From NCBI GenBank assembly GCA_003971905.1, contig RSEE01000035.1:496001-560000 (forward strand): DNA of 64,000 nucleotides. The letters run 5' to 3'. The notes below the pieces were generated by a model, which had not been told where the DNA came from, ran no database searches, and saw nothing but the letters and a program-made list of their open reading frames with translations. This DNA is from Moniliella sp. 'wahieum'. Lineage: Eukaryota. The position numbers and the translations under genes are program-made. Numbering within the stretch: the first letter of the stretch is position 1; each line of letters opens with the position of its first letter. Below, one piece after another: positions 23,573-37,000 of this stretch.

Positions 23573-25768
23573 GGCGAGACGAGCGGCGTAGCGTGGGGAG
23601 GGGGGGAGCGGGCACTGGTGTGCGCGAGACCAGCACGATACGAGGCGGGCGTGGGAGCGGGAGGAGGGGCTGTCGGGAGCGGTGGTGGCCGCGGGGGAAG
23701 AGGAGGCGGGGTGGTGGTGGTGTGGGTGGAGCTGGAGTAAGGAATGAACGCCCCTAGGCCAGGCCCGGAGCCTGAGCGGCTGAGCGGCGGCAACGACGGC
23801 CGCGGCGGCGCTGCTGCCACCCACACCCGATCGCTGAGCGATGCGTGATGGCCATGATGGCAGTGCGCAGGCGATCGGTGCAAGCGGACACTGCGGTCCT
23901 GTGCCTGCCGGCCGCAGGATCCGCCGCTGATCGCCCGGATCGATGGCTGATCGGGCGCCTGGCCGCTTGCCCAAGCAGCGCCTTGGCGCGACTGTGCTGG
24001 GGCCACCGTCACGCGTCACGCAGCACGCGTCACCCGCCCACCCCCAGTATCAGCCGCCCCAATCGCATCTGCCAGTCACTAGTCACCGGCCACTGGTTCA
24101 CCGTCACGTCACGCGTCACGGCAGCAGTGCTCAACCCTAGCGGCACTAGCCCAGCCCCAGCGCGGGCGGGCCACCCGCGGCCCACCGAGGTACTGAGTGA
24201 GTACTGAGTACGCTGCGTGCCCAGACCGACGCCTGAGCCGGGCGCACCGCCTCGACAGAAAGGCCAACCTGTTTCTCTCCGAAGAGTGCTGCTGGTCCAC
24301 AGCGTGCACGGTGCCCCAACCGGTGGGTGTGCCCTCGTCTCACCTCATTCGTCCTTGCTCTTCACCAGTCCGCCTCGGACGTTCAGAATTCAACTCATCC
24401 TGCTATCGCCTCACAGTCCCCTCTGGGAACGCCTCTCCTTTTGCCCGCGGTTCTTTCACTGGCCGTGCACTATAATGGAGAGAGATCTGTCGTGGGCCTC
24501 GAATCCGGTGGGTGTTTCATAGAGCTTCTTCAACTGGCCCTATGGCGCTTCCGCCTACGGCTTAGGTCGCTTAGGCCCTCACAACAATATCCCGGGGCAT
24601 AGTGTGCCTTGCGCCCAGGCTCCGAATTGGTCACTTGGTGCTGCGTTGATCGCAAGGCAGGAAAACATGCAAGATGGAAAGCGGTGCATGTGGGTGGTAA
24701 TAATATGCGGAGTTGGGGGGACCGGGGCAACAAGCAACCGCGGTGCATGGCGGCGGCGGCCCGACACGGGTCCGGTTTTTGCCAGAGTGGTCGGTAACAC
24801 TCCGATCGCCCCTGGTAGCCCCTGTGTTGCCATGCGGTATGAATATGCCGAGGTTATATCCTGAGCTCGCTGTTGCGATTGAGATAAGAGCTGCGCCATG
24901 GTGGCTCTGTTTTTTTTAGCTGTTCACTTTCTTTTCAACCAAGTCTGGGAAGGACCCTTCTTGGCACTGTTATTCTGTTCAAGCTTCAAGCTGCTCCACA
25001 CTCAAAAGGGGATCCCGAGCAACAGGCCTGGACAATATCGACTCACTGGCTGTTTCTTTGAGCTCCCACGCACGGTGGGTCGCTCCCTACTGTTACGGAA
25101 CAAGACTCGGCTCACATGCTGCCCACGCGTCTTTGATGAACTTGGAGTTGATCGATGATGTAACACCCTATAGGACCGAACGAGGCCCCACCTACTAGTG
25201 CCTTCTTCGCTCATATCAGTAAGCTGAGTGACGATGTAGTCGCCAAAAGCCCGATGGGTCGTGCCATGTAGTCTCCATGATCGATGATCAGGACGACGGG
25301 GATATGTTCACCGCCCAGAGCATCCGGTCTACTAGCGCGAACGGGACCAACAGCACTGGCTTCTCCCTCGAAGCCCACCCGTTTCCCCCCGCGTTTGCTC
25401 CCCCTCTCCGTGTCTCTGGAGTCAAGCTTCAAGCTTCACGTGACTTTAGCTTCACTGGTCACTTGGTAGTCACTCGTCACTGTGTGCTGATCGACGGGCC
25501 GCGTCGATCGATGACCCCCAGACCAGCCTGAGCGGATGTCCTGTTTCCACAAGCCAGAGTGCGACGTACTAATGCTTTCCGCATCCTGTCCTTTCCCACA
25601 CACCACTGTCTGTCCGCCTGGGGCGTTTTATCTTCACTCTCCGCGTCACATGTCACAGCCCTGTGAGCCGGCGCGGCGCTCACCTGACCTCAGGCCTCAC
25701 TACTGTCGGCCAGGGAGAGACTCCAGGCCAAGGGGAAAGGGCGACCCCAAGCAAGTATGCGTGTGCAG

Positions 25769-27255
25769 TCATTGTGAGTTGTAGCGAGACAGCAGAGAAA
25801 AAATGGGAAAAGAAATGAAGCAAAGCTGGTGGAAGAGCAGCCGGAGCAGAAGAGGGAAGAGGGCATGGCAGCGGGCTGGGCTGGGCTTCGTGCATCGGGG
25901 CGCACTACCTGTATGCGAGCAGTCTGGGGGTGTGCACAGACCCAGGCCGAGGGAAAGAGACCGAACGCTGGGCAGGTTGGCACACTCGGCACATTCATGC
26001 ATGCGTGGAGTGCGAGGTGGAGGTAGTAGTGGTAGTGGTAGTGGTGGTGGTAGTGCTGGAGTGCACATAGGGGACTTTGCGACCACTGACCCCGGGCCGT
26101 GCATAGGAGTCGGGGGCGGGGATGGCCTTGGCCGAGTGGGAGGCAACTTGGAAGAAGGAAGAGAGACTGGTTTGGCCTTGCCGTTGTGGTTCCATCGACG
26201 AGCGCGGGCGCGAGCCCAAGCAAGACGGGGGGGCACCGCTGCGCTGGTGGTGGTCACTTGGCGAGGCAGGGAAGAACGGCCGATCCGGGCAGGAGCACCG
26301 TGAAGGATGGTACTCCGAGAAGTGGGCATGCTGGCCCGCGGGCCTGCCCTGAGTCCGCGGGTCAAAGGCAAGGTGCGCCCTTGCTCTGTGGCCAGCGCGT
26401 CCTCCTGCGCTTGATGCATCCGCGCACGACGATCAAGTTCCGCGGCAAACAGGCGCTTGGGCTTGAAGCGCGGATTCGCCCTCGGGTCCAGCTTGGGACG
26501 TTTCGTTGCGCCCGCACGCTCGCCCGGCCTGCCCAACGGATCGCCCCTTGTATCCTCTCCTCTTCCTCCGAAGAGGTTAGATCTTCTTCGGTTGAATCTT
26601 CGGGATCCAAGTACGTCACGCGCTGCCCACGGCTGTCAGGGGAAACTAAGTTAGCAAGGAAAGGTGCCAAGCAGAGGTGGGGGGGGTAAGGTAGAACCCA
26701 CAATACGTAGGTCATTTTTCCCCGTTCGATGATGGGCTGCTTTTTGGATGGGTGGAGCGGGTGCGAGCCGTCTGCTGTCCGTTTTGTGCCCACCTGCGGG
26801 CGAGAAGGCATGAGCTGCGACGATCGAGGCAAGCTCGCCCCCAGGGGGGACGTGTTAGCTGTGCTGGTTGTGCTTGACGACGAGGCAAAGGGGTTAGACG
26901 GGCTGAATCGGCGAAAGGGAAGGCGAGTACAGAGAGAGGCGGGCCACGAGAGAGTCCGCTCCGACTCCTGCTCGCCTTCGTCATCGCTCGAAGCGAAGCC
27001 CTTGCGCTCATCGCCACTGGAATAGACCCCTTGCTCCTCGTCGGCCCACGTGTGGTCAGAAGAGGGGTTGAAGACCAGGCCGCCGACACGGGCTGCGAGG
27101 GCAGGGCCAGAGGGGGGTTGGCGCGCATCCGCATCCGGCCCGGCGCTTGGGGCGGCACTTGGGTCGATGGTGCGGGCCAGCTCCTGGCTGGGGTGGGGTG
27201 GGGACGCCATGGGGGGGACGAGGGCGCCAGAGGCCGGGCGGGGCGCGGAGTACAT
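25769..27255 (-). CDS. Hypothetical low-complexity (P/S/R-rich) protein with putative NLS
   Basis: Two overlapping long ORFs with protein-like segments (SSDDEGEQE, TKRPKLDPRANPRFKPKRLFAAELDRRARMHQAQEDAL). Probable intron 26633-26706 (GTATTG..GCTAAC..CAG). No family recognised. Confidence 0.45.
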
Positions 27256-28397
27256 GGCGCAGGGGGCGGCGCAGGGGGGGCGGGCGCGGGGGGAGGAGGC
27301 GAGGGCGAGCGGGGTCGGCTGGGCGGAGGATGGAGGAGGATGGCGTCTGTCCCCAGCACCAGCCAGCGCCCACCTGCTCCCGCCCGCAGCCCGCCAGCGG
27401 CCTGGGGAACGCGACGCGATCCACACCTGGGACTCGGAACCAGGCACACTGGCCCCGTGCACCCCCCGCGCGCAGACGCGTCGGCTGCTGCCCAGTGAAA
27501 ATTCCGAATCGCAGACGCAGTGCCGCGCGATCGCGGGTAGGCACGGGGGCAGTGCCACGCCTTTTCTCGCGCAACCCGCGTGATTGGTTCAACGTTCAGA
27601 CGTTCAGGTCCAGCCTGCCCGCCCACATCCCGAGTTCCATCCGCCGCGTGCAACCGCAGCCACCTCCAACCACCGCCACGCCACCGCCACGCCCACCACC
27701 ACCACCTGCGCGTCGGCCGCACCCACCACACACCTCGTGGGGACAGGTGCCCGCGGCGGCTGCCCACGCGGCAACCCTGCCCATCGACAACACGCATGCG
27801 CCCCCGAGGGGACACGACGTGCAGCGGCCGGCACTGTCACCGCTTGATCACACGCGCTGGCACGGCGCGACTCGCGTGCGCACGCACGCTCCAGGTAGGG
27901 TTGTCGCGTTCGAGTATATTGCGAGCCCCGGTTGGCATCCAGCCCTCCAGCGCGGGGGCAGTCCACCACGCATCGCATCCGTCGGGGCACGCGGGCAGTG
28001 CAGCGGTGTTGACCGTTCTTCTAGCTCGGCCAGTCTTCTGCCGCCACGGACCACGGCGCATCCGTGGGGTACATAACCCCCTTCGCTCCAGCCCCACCTC
28101 CTTGCCGTCCCGATGAAGGTGGAGGGATGTGCTGCGTACCATGCGCACCCTTTCTCCTGGTGTGCGCCAACGCAAGCGGGGCGGGCTGTCGTCAGTGCAA
28201 ACAGCGTTGTCCGCGCGTCCTTTTCCTGTGCCTTGTTGCAATCGAGAGTCTCTTCTACTGAACTGCATCCTGGGTAATCATCCAGTGGGTTACCTTCTTC
28301 CCCATCTAGGAACTACGTCTCCACCCATCGTCCTCCCAGCCCGTCCTCCTGTCCAAGGCAAGGAAAGTGTGGATGGGTAAACCATTTTATTTTACTA

Positions 28398-31300
28398 TTA
28401 AGATGCGCTCGCAAACAAGTCTTGGAGCTTGGTGGGAACGTAGTCTCCCGCCGCCTCGAGCCTCCAGACCACATTGTCCAGCACATAGAATGTCGTGCCT
28501 CGCTTGCCGTCCAGGCTGCGCGCCAGGCGGTAGAGCGTCTGGCCGCTTTTCGGCTCGGTCTGGTGCAGGGGCAGCACCAGCAAGTCCGCTTCGGCTGCCT
28601 GTTGCTCGACCAAGTGACGGAACGACAGTTCCTCCTCCCGGGTCGGGCGAGGCGGGGGGCACCGCGCGTGGCGCCGAGGGTTTGACCGGTTTGGTTTCCC
28701 CCCCACAGGGCGAGGTAGGCTAGTGCGATCGCCTTGTTCCTCCAAGTCCATTGCGCGGTCGATGAGCTGGAGAGCGGCGTGGGTACCGGACCGAACGGAG
28801 GCCAAGTTCGCCACGGGTTCCAGCACACTTTTCCACCAGCTGAACCAATCCCCTACTTCGTTCAGGCTGGCTTGGGGCTGGACAAGCCATGCATGCAGCA
28901 CTGAGAGCCAAGGTGGGAAGACATACTCCCACAGCCGCTCGGCATCTTCCCGAGCCAACTCGGGCGTCCATGCCAACAAGGCATCTAGCAATCCCATGTC
29001 CTGCTGCGAAGGGTCGATGCGTAGCTCGGTCTTGAGCGCACGCCGCAGCGTGGCGACGACCGTGTTGTGGGTCAAGCGGGCCCATTCGTTCTTGCCAAAC
29101 ACGTGGCGCCACGCGCTGATGCCTTCCATCGGAGGCGACGGGGGACGCCAGGCACGCAGCAGCGCATGCACCACGTGCCTCGAACTGGACAACAATGTCC
29201 GTCCTGGCGCCAATGGGAGCCAGGGAAGACAACGAGATGCAAGGCGGGCAGAGTCGAAGGCTCGGCTTGGCCCCCACCTCGCCCAGGTTTCTCCTTGTAG
29301 GACTCGACAAACCGAAGCACCTTGGGCACCACCAGTTGTTCCATCACATTGTCCCGGATGAACCGAGGCCAGACGCGCGCCCATGCTTCCACCAGCGTCA
29401 CTGCCGGGTGCGCATCTCTTGGAGACCATTCGTTGTTGAGCACGGAGCGGATGCGGGGCATGATGATGTGCCACAACATGGCCTCGTACGGTGTCATGAC
29501 CCGGTTGCCCGTGTCTTCTTCGTCCTCGTCCCTCCGTAAGAGCGCAGACCAAGACGCCAGCTCATCGACAAACTGATCTGGCTGTTCAAGAGGGGACCAC
29601 GCCTGGACCAATCGGCGCAGCAGCGGCGCCACCGCTCCCACCACAGCTTCGTCCAGTCCTAGCTCCCGGACGTCACCCCGATTCAGGGACATGAGCTCAT
29701 CAAGCAGCGGGTCAAACACGCTCAGGCCTGCCCCAGACTGCTGCTGCGACGCTTGCGCCACCTGCTCCAACCGATCCAGAAGCCCTACTACCTGCTGCAA
29801 CCGCGCAACTTGGGCTTGTTCGGCATCGAGGATGCGCTGGTGGGCTTGCAAGTCGCGCTGGGTGAATTTGGTCCGGGCTTGGAGGTCGGCACCTTGGCGC
29901 GCAAGCTCATGCACCTGACCTTCTGTCTGCACGGCCAACTGAGCCATATTGTTGACCAGCTCCGGAATGTAGACCCCTTGCGCCTCGCTTGTCGGTACGC
30001 CAGCCAGGGCGTGACCGGCCAATGCGTCCGCCACGGACGACACCACTTTTTGCTCCCGTCCCGTTGCATCGATCACCGGCCCACTCGTGCTCGACGGCAC
30101 AGTACCAGCCTGGTCGATCAGTTCCTCATAGGTGCCATACGCGACTTTGCGACGCGGTTGTTTTCGTTTCCAAGCAGGCGGCTGAGACGAAGCGGCCTTA
30201 GGCTGGGCTTGGGCTTGGGCTTTTCCTTTTGCATGGGGCCTTGGGCCTGCTTCCTCGTCCAGATCGACCAGCTGACCGCGCCGCTGCGCCTCGGCCCGGT
30301 TCTGCGCCGTCATCTCTTTCCGTCCCCCATAGCCCATCCCAGCACGTTCGGGCCGCTGTTGAACATCAATCGGAGCTTGGATTCCTTGGCCTTCCTTGCC
30401 CAACCCACCGCCCGACCAGCCCATCTTGGCCAGCATCTCCGCCGCATTGAACCCGCTCGAGGTGGCAAGCTTGATCGACGTGCCATACTGCGTTTGGTTG
30501 CTGGCCGCCATCCCATTGGCGCGTCGAGACGGCGCGCCCCGCCGCGACGCAGAGGCGGGAGCCGAGGTGGAAGTGGAAGTGGAAGCAGAGGTGGAGCCAA
30601 GGCCAAAGGTCTGCCGCCCGGCCAGTCGCGAGGAGGAGCAGAAGGCGGCGCGGAAGTGGCAGTGGAGGAAAAGGAGGTGGGCAGGCCAACGGGGGGAGTG
30701 GGTGGTGGGCCAGGGGGCGGAGGGCGGGGAGGGTTGGAAGAGGACGGAATAGCCGTTGTCCCAGCCGAGGCAGGGGGGGCGGCGGCTGTCACGTCCTTGG
30801 TGACCGAAGCGACAAAGGAGGGTGTGGACGAAGCCGAGGCTGAGGCGGACCCCAGGCCCGCTCGGGCACCCAAGCCCGGTCGGGGTGCTGGGCTGTCCTG
30901 CTCGACACTGGGTCGGGAGGCAGTAACAAAGGAAGGCGTGGAAGAAGCCGCTGTGGCTGACGAGACAAAGGTCGGGGCAGAGGAATTGAGGCCGGGCCGG
31001 GCGCGTGCGGCGCCCAAGCCCGTGCGAGCCGGCGGCTCGTCCCACTCGTCTGCGTCCGCATCGGCGTCCGACGCGGCTGTGCCCAGGCCAGCGTGCCGTT
31101 TGCGGACCCCGTGCTCGTCGCGGTGGTAACGATGCCGAGGGAGACAAAGCCGCCCTGCTGCCGCTCGTGCTCGGCTTGGGCAAAGGCCGACGTGGGGCCG
31201 CCGTCAAGACCGGGGCGGCCAAAGGCAGGGCGCAGGACAGACTCGTCCTCGGCGTCCGGCGCAGCGACGGACATCTCATCCGGCTCCTGGAGCTCTCAGG

Positions 31301-31556
31301 CGGGTGGGGCGCGTCGGACACGGCAGGCGCGGCAGGGGCCGAGGCGGGGACAAAGGCGGGCGGCGCTGGGTGCGACGGGCCGTGGTGCGGGGCGAGGGGC
31401 GGGGCTGTCGTCGTCGTCGGCAAAGATGCCGTAGAGGGCGTGCTCGCGGCGGCTGATGCGGCTGCGCTTGGCGCGCGGCGTGTCGGGGTCGGTGGGGTCG
31501 AAGGCGTCGGACGAGTCGGAGGAGTAGTCGGCGGCACCGCCCTTGCGTCGCGCCAT
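28398..31556 (-). CDS. SPP382: Spliceosome disassembly factor Spp382/Ntr1/TFIP11 (G-patch + GCFC domain); many frameshifts
   Basis: N-terminal EHALYGIFADDDD (TIP_N-like), G-patch AAEMLAKMGWSGGGLGKEGQGIQAPIDVQQRPERAGMGYG, IPELVNN, MTPYEAMLWHIIMPRIRS, LRIDPSQQD, FPPWLSVLHAWL, EVGDWFSWWKS, LSFRHLVE. Confidence 0.92.
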
Positions 31557-31914
31557 CGCAGTGGTTGCCTCCTGCTCGCCGCCGCAGCCCGATGGCGCCG
31601 CCTATTTTGCCCCCGCCAACCCCCGCCCGTCCCGTGACCATCGGTGCAATGCCTGCGGCAGTCCCGTGACCGCCGGTGCAACAGCTGGGGTACTATGCAC
31701 TGATGCATGATGCATGATGTATGATGCACGATACTAGAGACGGCCTGGTCTACGCCCAGCGACTATGGAGGCTGGCATCTGTTCTAGGCATACCCCCACA
31801 CACATACCGTAAGTGGGTGCCGCTCGGGTTCTGAGAGGCCGCAGCCACCGGTAAAGTGGCCACAGGCTCGATTAGCACGACATACATAGCAGTACAGCGA
31901 GAAAGATGAGTGGA

Positions 31915-33494
31915 CTAAGCGACTTTGACCCTCTTCGACGTTGGCGCATCTTCAGAGGGAGACACGGGCGCTTCACCAGCAGCATGCTCAACTGCCTGCA
32001 CTTGCTCTGATGCCACGTTTTCTGGCGGCCAGGATTTCCCCTCGAGCAAGGCCCGCGTCTTGTCGCGGTACGCGGCCAACACCAAGCCTGGGCCCGAATC
32101 GGGCGGAAGGTAGCGGAGGTAGGGCTGAGCAAGCCAATGCGCCACATACGCCGGCCTTGGTTCGGAAGTGGGGGTAATGTGTTGGTACAGTTCCAGCGGA
32201 AGGACCCCCGCTTTGACAGGCCGGTTGCAGGGTAAGGGTTCCGAACCGGGCTTCTCACCGGCTTCGGATGGGGCAGGCACCGCGGCAACTTCCTCGTGCG
32301 ACTTGACAAACGAGGTGGGATGGCTCTCATCTTCCTTGAGCTTGGCCTCCAATTCGTCCACCACTTCCACCAGCTCTTTCGTCCGCTCTTCGCCTTCCTT
32401 CTCCGGGCGGAAATTGGCGCTGCCCAGACGGGGGCGCAGTTCGGGATGCTTGGACAGCGCCGCATAGAGCATTCGGAACATGTGTCCTCGCACAGCCGCA
32501 CCCGACGTGGGCGTCTTGAGCGTAGCCAGGATGGTAAGGTACTCCCGTGCCAGAGCAATCACGTGCGGGTGGGTAGGGGTCGGGGCGAGGATGTGAGGTT
32601 GAGGGGTAGGGGCAGGGAATTGGGTGGCAAAGATGGCGGGGTTGGCCAGGTGGCCATCGGCCGCCATGATGGCGTCGGCGCCGGTCGCTTTCAAGGCGTC
32701 GTCCATGTCCTGGGGGAGGAGGATGTTCCCATTGGCAATGACGGGTACGCTGACGCTCTGCTTGACAAGACGAATCTGGTCCCAGTCCGCCAAGCCGGCC
32801 TGCTGCGCTCGCATCTCCCTTGTACGGCCATGGACAGTGATGATCTGTGCACCGGCACGCTCGAGCATCCGCGCGTACGCCACCGTCCGCTCCGGGTCAG
32901 GAAAGACACGCATCTTGGCCGTGACGGGAACCTTGCATCGACGATGGAGCGTGTTGACCAATTGGAAAATCAGCGGCCATTCGTCCTGCAGAAAGGAGCC
33001 ATAGTGGCCCTTTTTGGCAATGCCCTGCGGACAGCCCAAATTCAGGTCGACCGCATCGCACTTGTCGGCCAAGTCATTGGCAGCAGCCAGCAGCAGCTCT
33101 GGGTCGTCTCCGCAGAACTGGATCACCAAGGGCCGGTCTGTGTCAGGACGAGAATTGCCGAGGTCAACCTGGCTTGCGCCTTCTTCCCCGAGGCGCTGGT
33201 TGAAGGCGCTTTCGCGGAACTTGGCCTTGCCTGGGTCGGCGGCGGCATACATGCGGGAGTGGATCATGGGCGTGTAGCACAGGTCTGCGCCGTGGCGGCG
33301 GGCAAGAACACGCCAAGCAAGTTCGCTTCCATCCACCATTGGCGCAACAATCTTCTTTGGCTCGCCCAGCGCACGCCACAGGTCCCAGGAGGCGAGTTTG
33401 GGGTGCTCTGGCTCGCCCGTGGGCGGGAAGGCAGAGAGGGCAGGATGGTTGGAGAGGCGGCGGGTGAGGCGGGGGCCTTGTGTTTGCGAGCCAT
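31915..33494 (-). CDS. DUS1: tRNA-dihydrouridine synthase 1; one frameshift near the 5' end
   Basis: KKIVAPMVDGSELAWR, YTPMIHSR, DRPLVIQFCGDDP, DAVDLNLGCPQGIAKKGHYGSFLQDEW, PVTAKMR, TVHGRTRE, ADWDQI, PVIANGNI. Confidence 0.95.
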
Positions 33495-34083
33495 GGGGGG
33501 AAGGGATGGGGTGGAGGGGTGCTAGGTGAGGACAGGCGGGAGGAAGGCTGGTTGGGGGGCCACGCGGGTGGTATTCGTTTGCTGTTTTGCAGCCAGGGCG
33601 GACTTGCTCAGGCTGGCCCAGCCTTGGAAAAAGTTAGGTTAGCTAAAATAGAAATAGAGAGCAGGCCGCGTTTTTTTTTTCTCTGTTTCTTTTTTCATTG
33701 TTTTTGTGTCTGTTTTGTTGAGTGGAACTAGACAGCCCAGGCAGCGCACGCGGGCGGCAGAGCAGCTGGCGTCGTCGCCGCGTCGATGAGATCATCCGTC
33801 GGTGGCTGATGGACCGCGCCCACGCTCGCAGGCGATGCGATCGAGGCTGGCCGATGGACGAGGCAGCATGGCAGCCGCACTGGAGATGATGCCCAGCACG
33901 TCCAACCGCATCAACGACGACGCGACCACCACCCTCCTCCTCCAGCCGCCACCACAGTCTCATCGCACACCGCTACCACACTGGAGGAGCGCGTGGTGAC
34001 TTGGTAGACACGCCGGCGCAGCGTCACGTCCCCCAATCGCCCCTGCCTCCCTTGTCCCCCCCCCGCCACCACCAGCACGCGCC

Positions 34084-37000
34084 ATGGCTGCCTGTCCTTC
34101 GCCCGAGTCGCTGCCCCATTCACGCCTGAATGCGGTCCACGCCGCCTCGCCGCCCGCCCCCGCTCCGCCTCCCTCCGTCCGCCGCATGCGTCCCCGCCCG
34201 CCCCCGCCCGCTCCCGCCTCCTCCTCCACCCCCACACGCCGCAGCCAACGACGCGCCCAGATCGCCGGCCACATCCACCGCGCCCGCCCGGCTTCGCTCC
34301 CCTCCCCTCCCAAGCCCATCTCTCCCCCGCCCCTCCCCCCATCCGAGCCGCAACACGCGTCTGAAACCATCTTTGTCCCCACGTCCGAGAGGGACGACGA
34401 TGAGATCGACCCACTCATCGCCTTCTCCAGCCCCATGTCCAACCCATTCAATTGTCGGCAGAGCCGGGTCTACCAGCCCCCCAGCCCTCATCGCTCTTCT
34501 CTCTTCAGCACCGCCACCCCGCACACTCCAGCAGCGGCAAATGCGGTGGATCCTACCAGCCCACTTGGCTCCAGCCCTACCTCCTCTCCCCCCCGGCCAC
34601 ATGTGCAGAACAAGACACCCCCTCCTATACGCAGCACTCCCACCAAGCCTGGTCTGCCGTCCAAAACGCTGTTGAGTCGTTCGCGAAAGCGCGCCATGCC
34701 GCCCCGCTCTGCTACCACCGCATCTCACCCTCGCCCCTTGCCAGGTTCTTTCCGCCGAGCTGGCACTGTCCCCGCCCCTGCCGCCTCCCCTGCCATGAAA
34801 CGTTGCGGCGCCTCCCCGGACCCCGACGTGCCTTACCCGCCGTCGTCTCCGAGCCAGAGAATGCAGTCCGCACGCAAGGCCCGTGCGTCGTCCAAGTTGC
34901 TCTTGCCTGATATGGTGCCAGAGACCTCGGCCGAGGCATCCCGCTCCGCCGATCCGCCTCCCGCGCCCGTCTCGTCTACCCCCAGGGCGTTTCCCGCGGC
35001 GCCCATCGATGCGGGCGGGGAGGCAGACACGAGCGAGGCAGAGAGTGCGAACGAGGTGGACGCATCGGTGTACTCCCATGCGGCGCCGTCTCCTACCCCC
35101 GCCAAGAGGAAGAAAAGCATGCTCATGTCCTTGGCCAAAGCCAGAAAACTCCAAGGCGTCGGCAAAACAGTGGATCCCCCTTTGGTCACGCTGGCAGCCG
35201 CGGTCAAGACCGCGGCAGAATGGAAGAACCAACGTGTTGACTTCAAATCGTCGCCCAAGGCTGAAGAAACCAGCCAGAAGCTTCATCAACCCACTCATTT
35301 TTTCAAGGCACGCCTCTCCGACACCGCTGGGCATATCAGCACAGATACTTCCTTGTTAGAGAGGTCATCGGGAAGCACCCTTACTTCCATTCCTTCCTCT
35401 TTTTGGGACAACAGTCTCCGTCTCCCTCCTCAAGCGCCAATCAAGCCTGCCGATAAGCTTCTTGACACCCCCCAACCCCCCCTGGAGGGAAAGGAAGCTG
35501 ATTCTGCCACCGTGAAAGCCGAAATGGGAGAGCAACTACCACCCAGTTTGCCCAAGGAATCCTCCCCCGTCGCGCCCCATCCTCGGCAGGCGAAGCTGAG
35601 GCGGGGCTGGGCCTCCTGAGTGAGGACACGAGTTCACTTAGTGATCCCTCCGACGAGGCTTCGCCGCTCATCTTCAACGAACCTATTGCACGCAAGAAGA
35701 CACTCCTGTCCAGTGACAGCGAGGACGACGGCTTTGTTCTCCCCGCTTCCTTTTTGAAGAAGGAACCGTCCCCAGTGTCAACCGCCCCAGCCCCACCGCC
35801 GCCACACCTACTACGGGTGCATCGTTTTTGGAGGCTATGCGGGCTCGTGCCGCGGCCCAAAACGCGGCCCAACCGCCCCCCGCCACACCCTCTGCGGCCG
35901 ACACGACAGAAGATCTGGTAGCCAGGTTCAAGGCCCAGGCTGCAGCGCGTGTAGCTGCCCGAAGGGCAGGCCAACCCATCCCCGTTGCACCCTCACCGGC
36001 CGTGCTCAACTCCTCAATCGATCTTGGTACTCGTCGCTCTACTCGTCCCCGTCTGACTCCCTCCCAGACCCCCTCCACCCTGACCCAGCCATCCAAACCC
36101 AGCTCGTCCAACTTTTAGATCGGCTCTTGGCCCAGCGCCAAAAGGAACGCGCTGCTGGCACGAGCACCTCTGCCATGGACGAGTTTAGTGCCCGCGTCTT
36201 GGCGGACGTGGAATCTGGGCGACACTTGGAGGACGAGAGCGTGCATGAGCCTCAGCGACAATCCGATTTAATGGCACGGCACCAAGAGCAGGCGCGCGCT
36301 TGGGTCCGAGCTTCCTATGACCGTTGGACCCATGTGGGCTCCACATTCAACGGTGTGATGGGTGAGCGGAGCGGACCAAGCTCCCCCAGTCCACCTCCAT
36401 CTCTGCCGAACCTGAGGTAGGCAACGAGTCGATGGAAATGCGCGCGCTGCTGGCCGAAGTCAAAACTGCCTGTTCGCCCAAGCGCAGGCGCGGATCTGAC
36501 TCTTCCTCCGATGCGGACGAGAGCAGTGTGGGCGAGAAGAAGGTCCCGCCACGCAGCCGGGCCAAGAGGCGGACTACCAAAACAACAAACGATGTGGATG
36601 TGGTCAAGTTGGTCCAGCAGGACGTAGAAGCCGGGGCCGACCCGAATGCAGAATCCGCCGAGGCAATTTTGGAAAAGCGCATGTTCTTTACGCCCCATCC
36701 TGTCTACTTGCCCGATCATCTGCCACCCTTGCCCGCACTGCAGATCACGGGCGGTGCTCAAGATGAGTGGAATCAACTCAAGACGCATTCTTCTGGTATG
36801 TGGCATCTCCCTCTTGTGAGAATTGGTATTCTGACCCGCCCCTTCTCTCCTTTCTCTCTTGTTCATTTGTCTACAGACCCAAATGTTCTTGCAGCCTACC
36901 TCGAGATGGGCTTCTTGGCTCCCGACCGCCTCGCCCTGGTGGACAAATCCCTGCTGCGAGCAAGTTGGGAGGCTGGCTTTTCTCGCTTAGCTTACTGGCA

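Noticed and set aside
29753..35334. Long antisense or alternative-frame ORFs (e.g. 29753-31129 +, 32296-33525 +, 34120-35334 -; also 54426-55862 -)
   Set aside because: Shadow ORFs of real GC-rich genes on the opposite strand, with no protein-like motifs.
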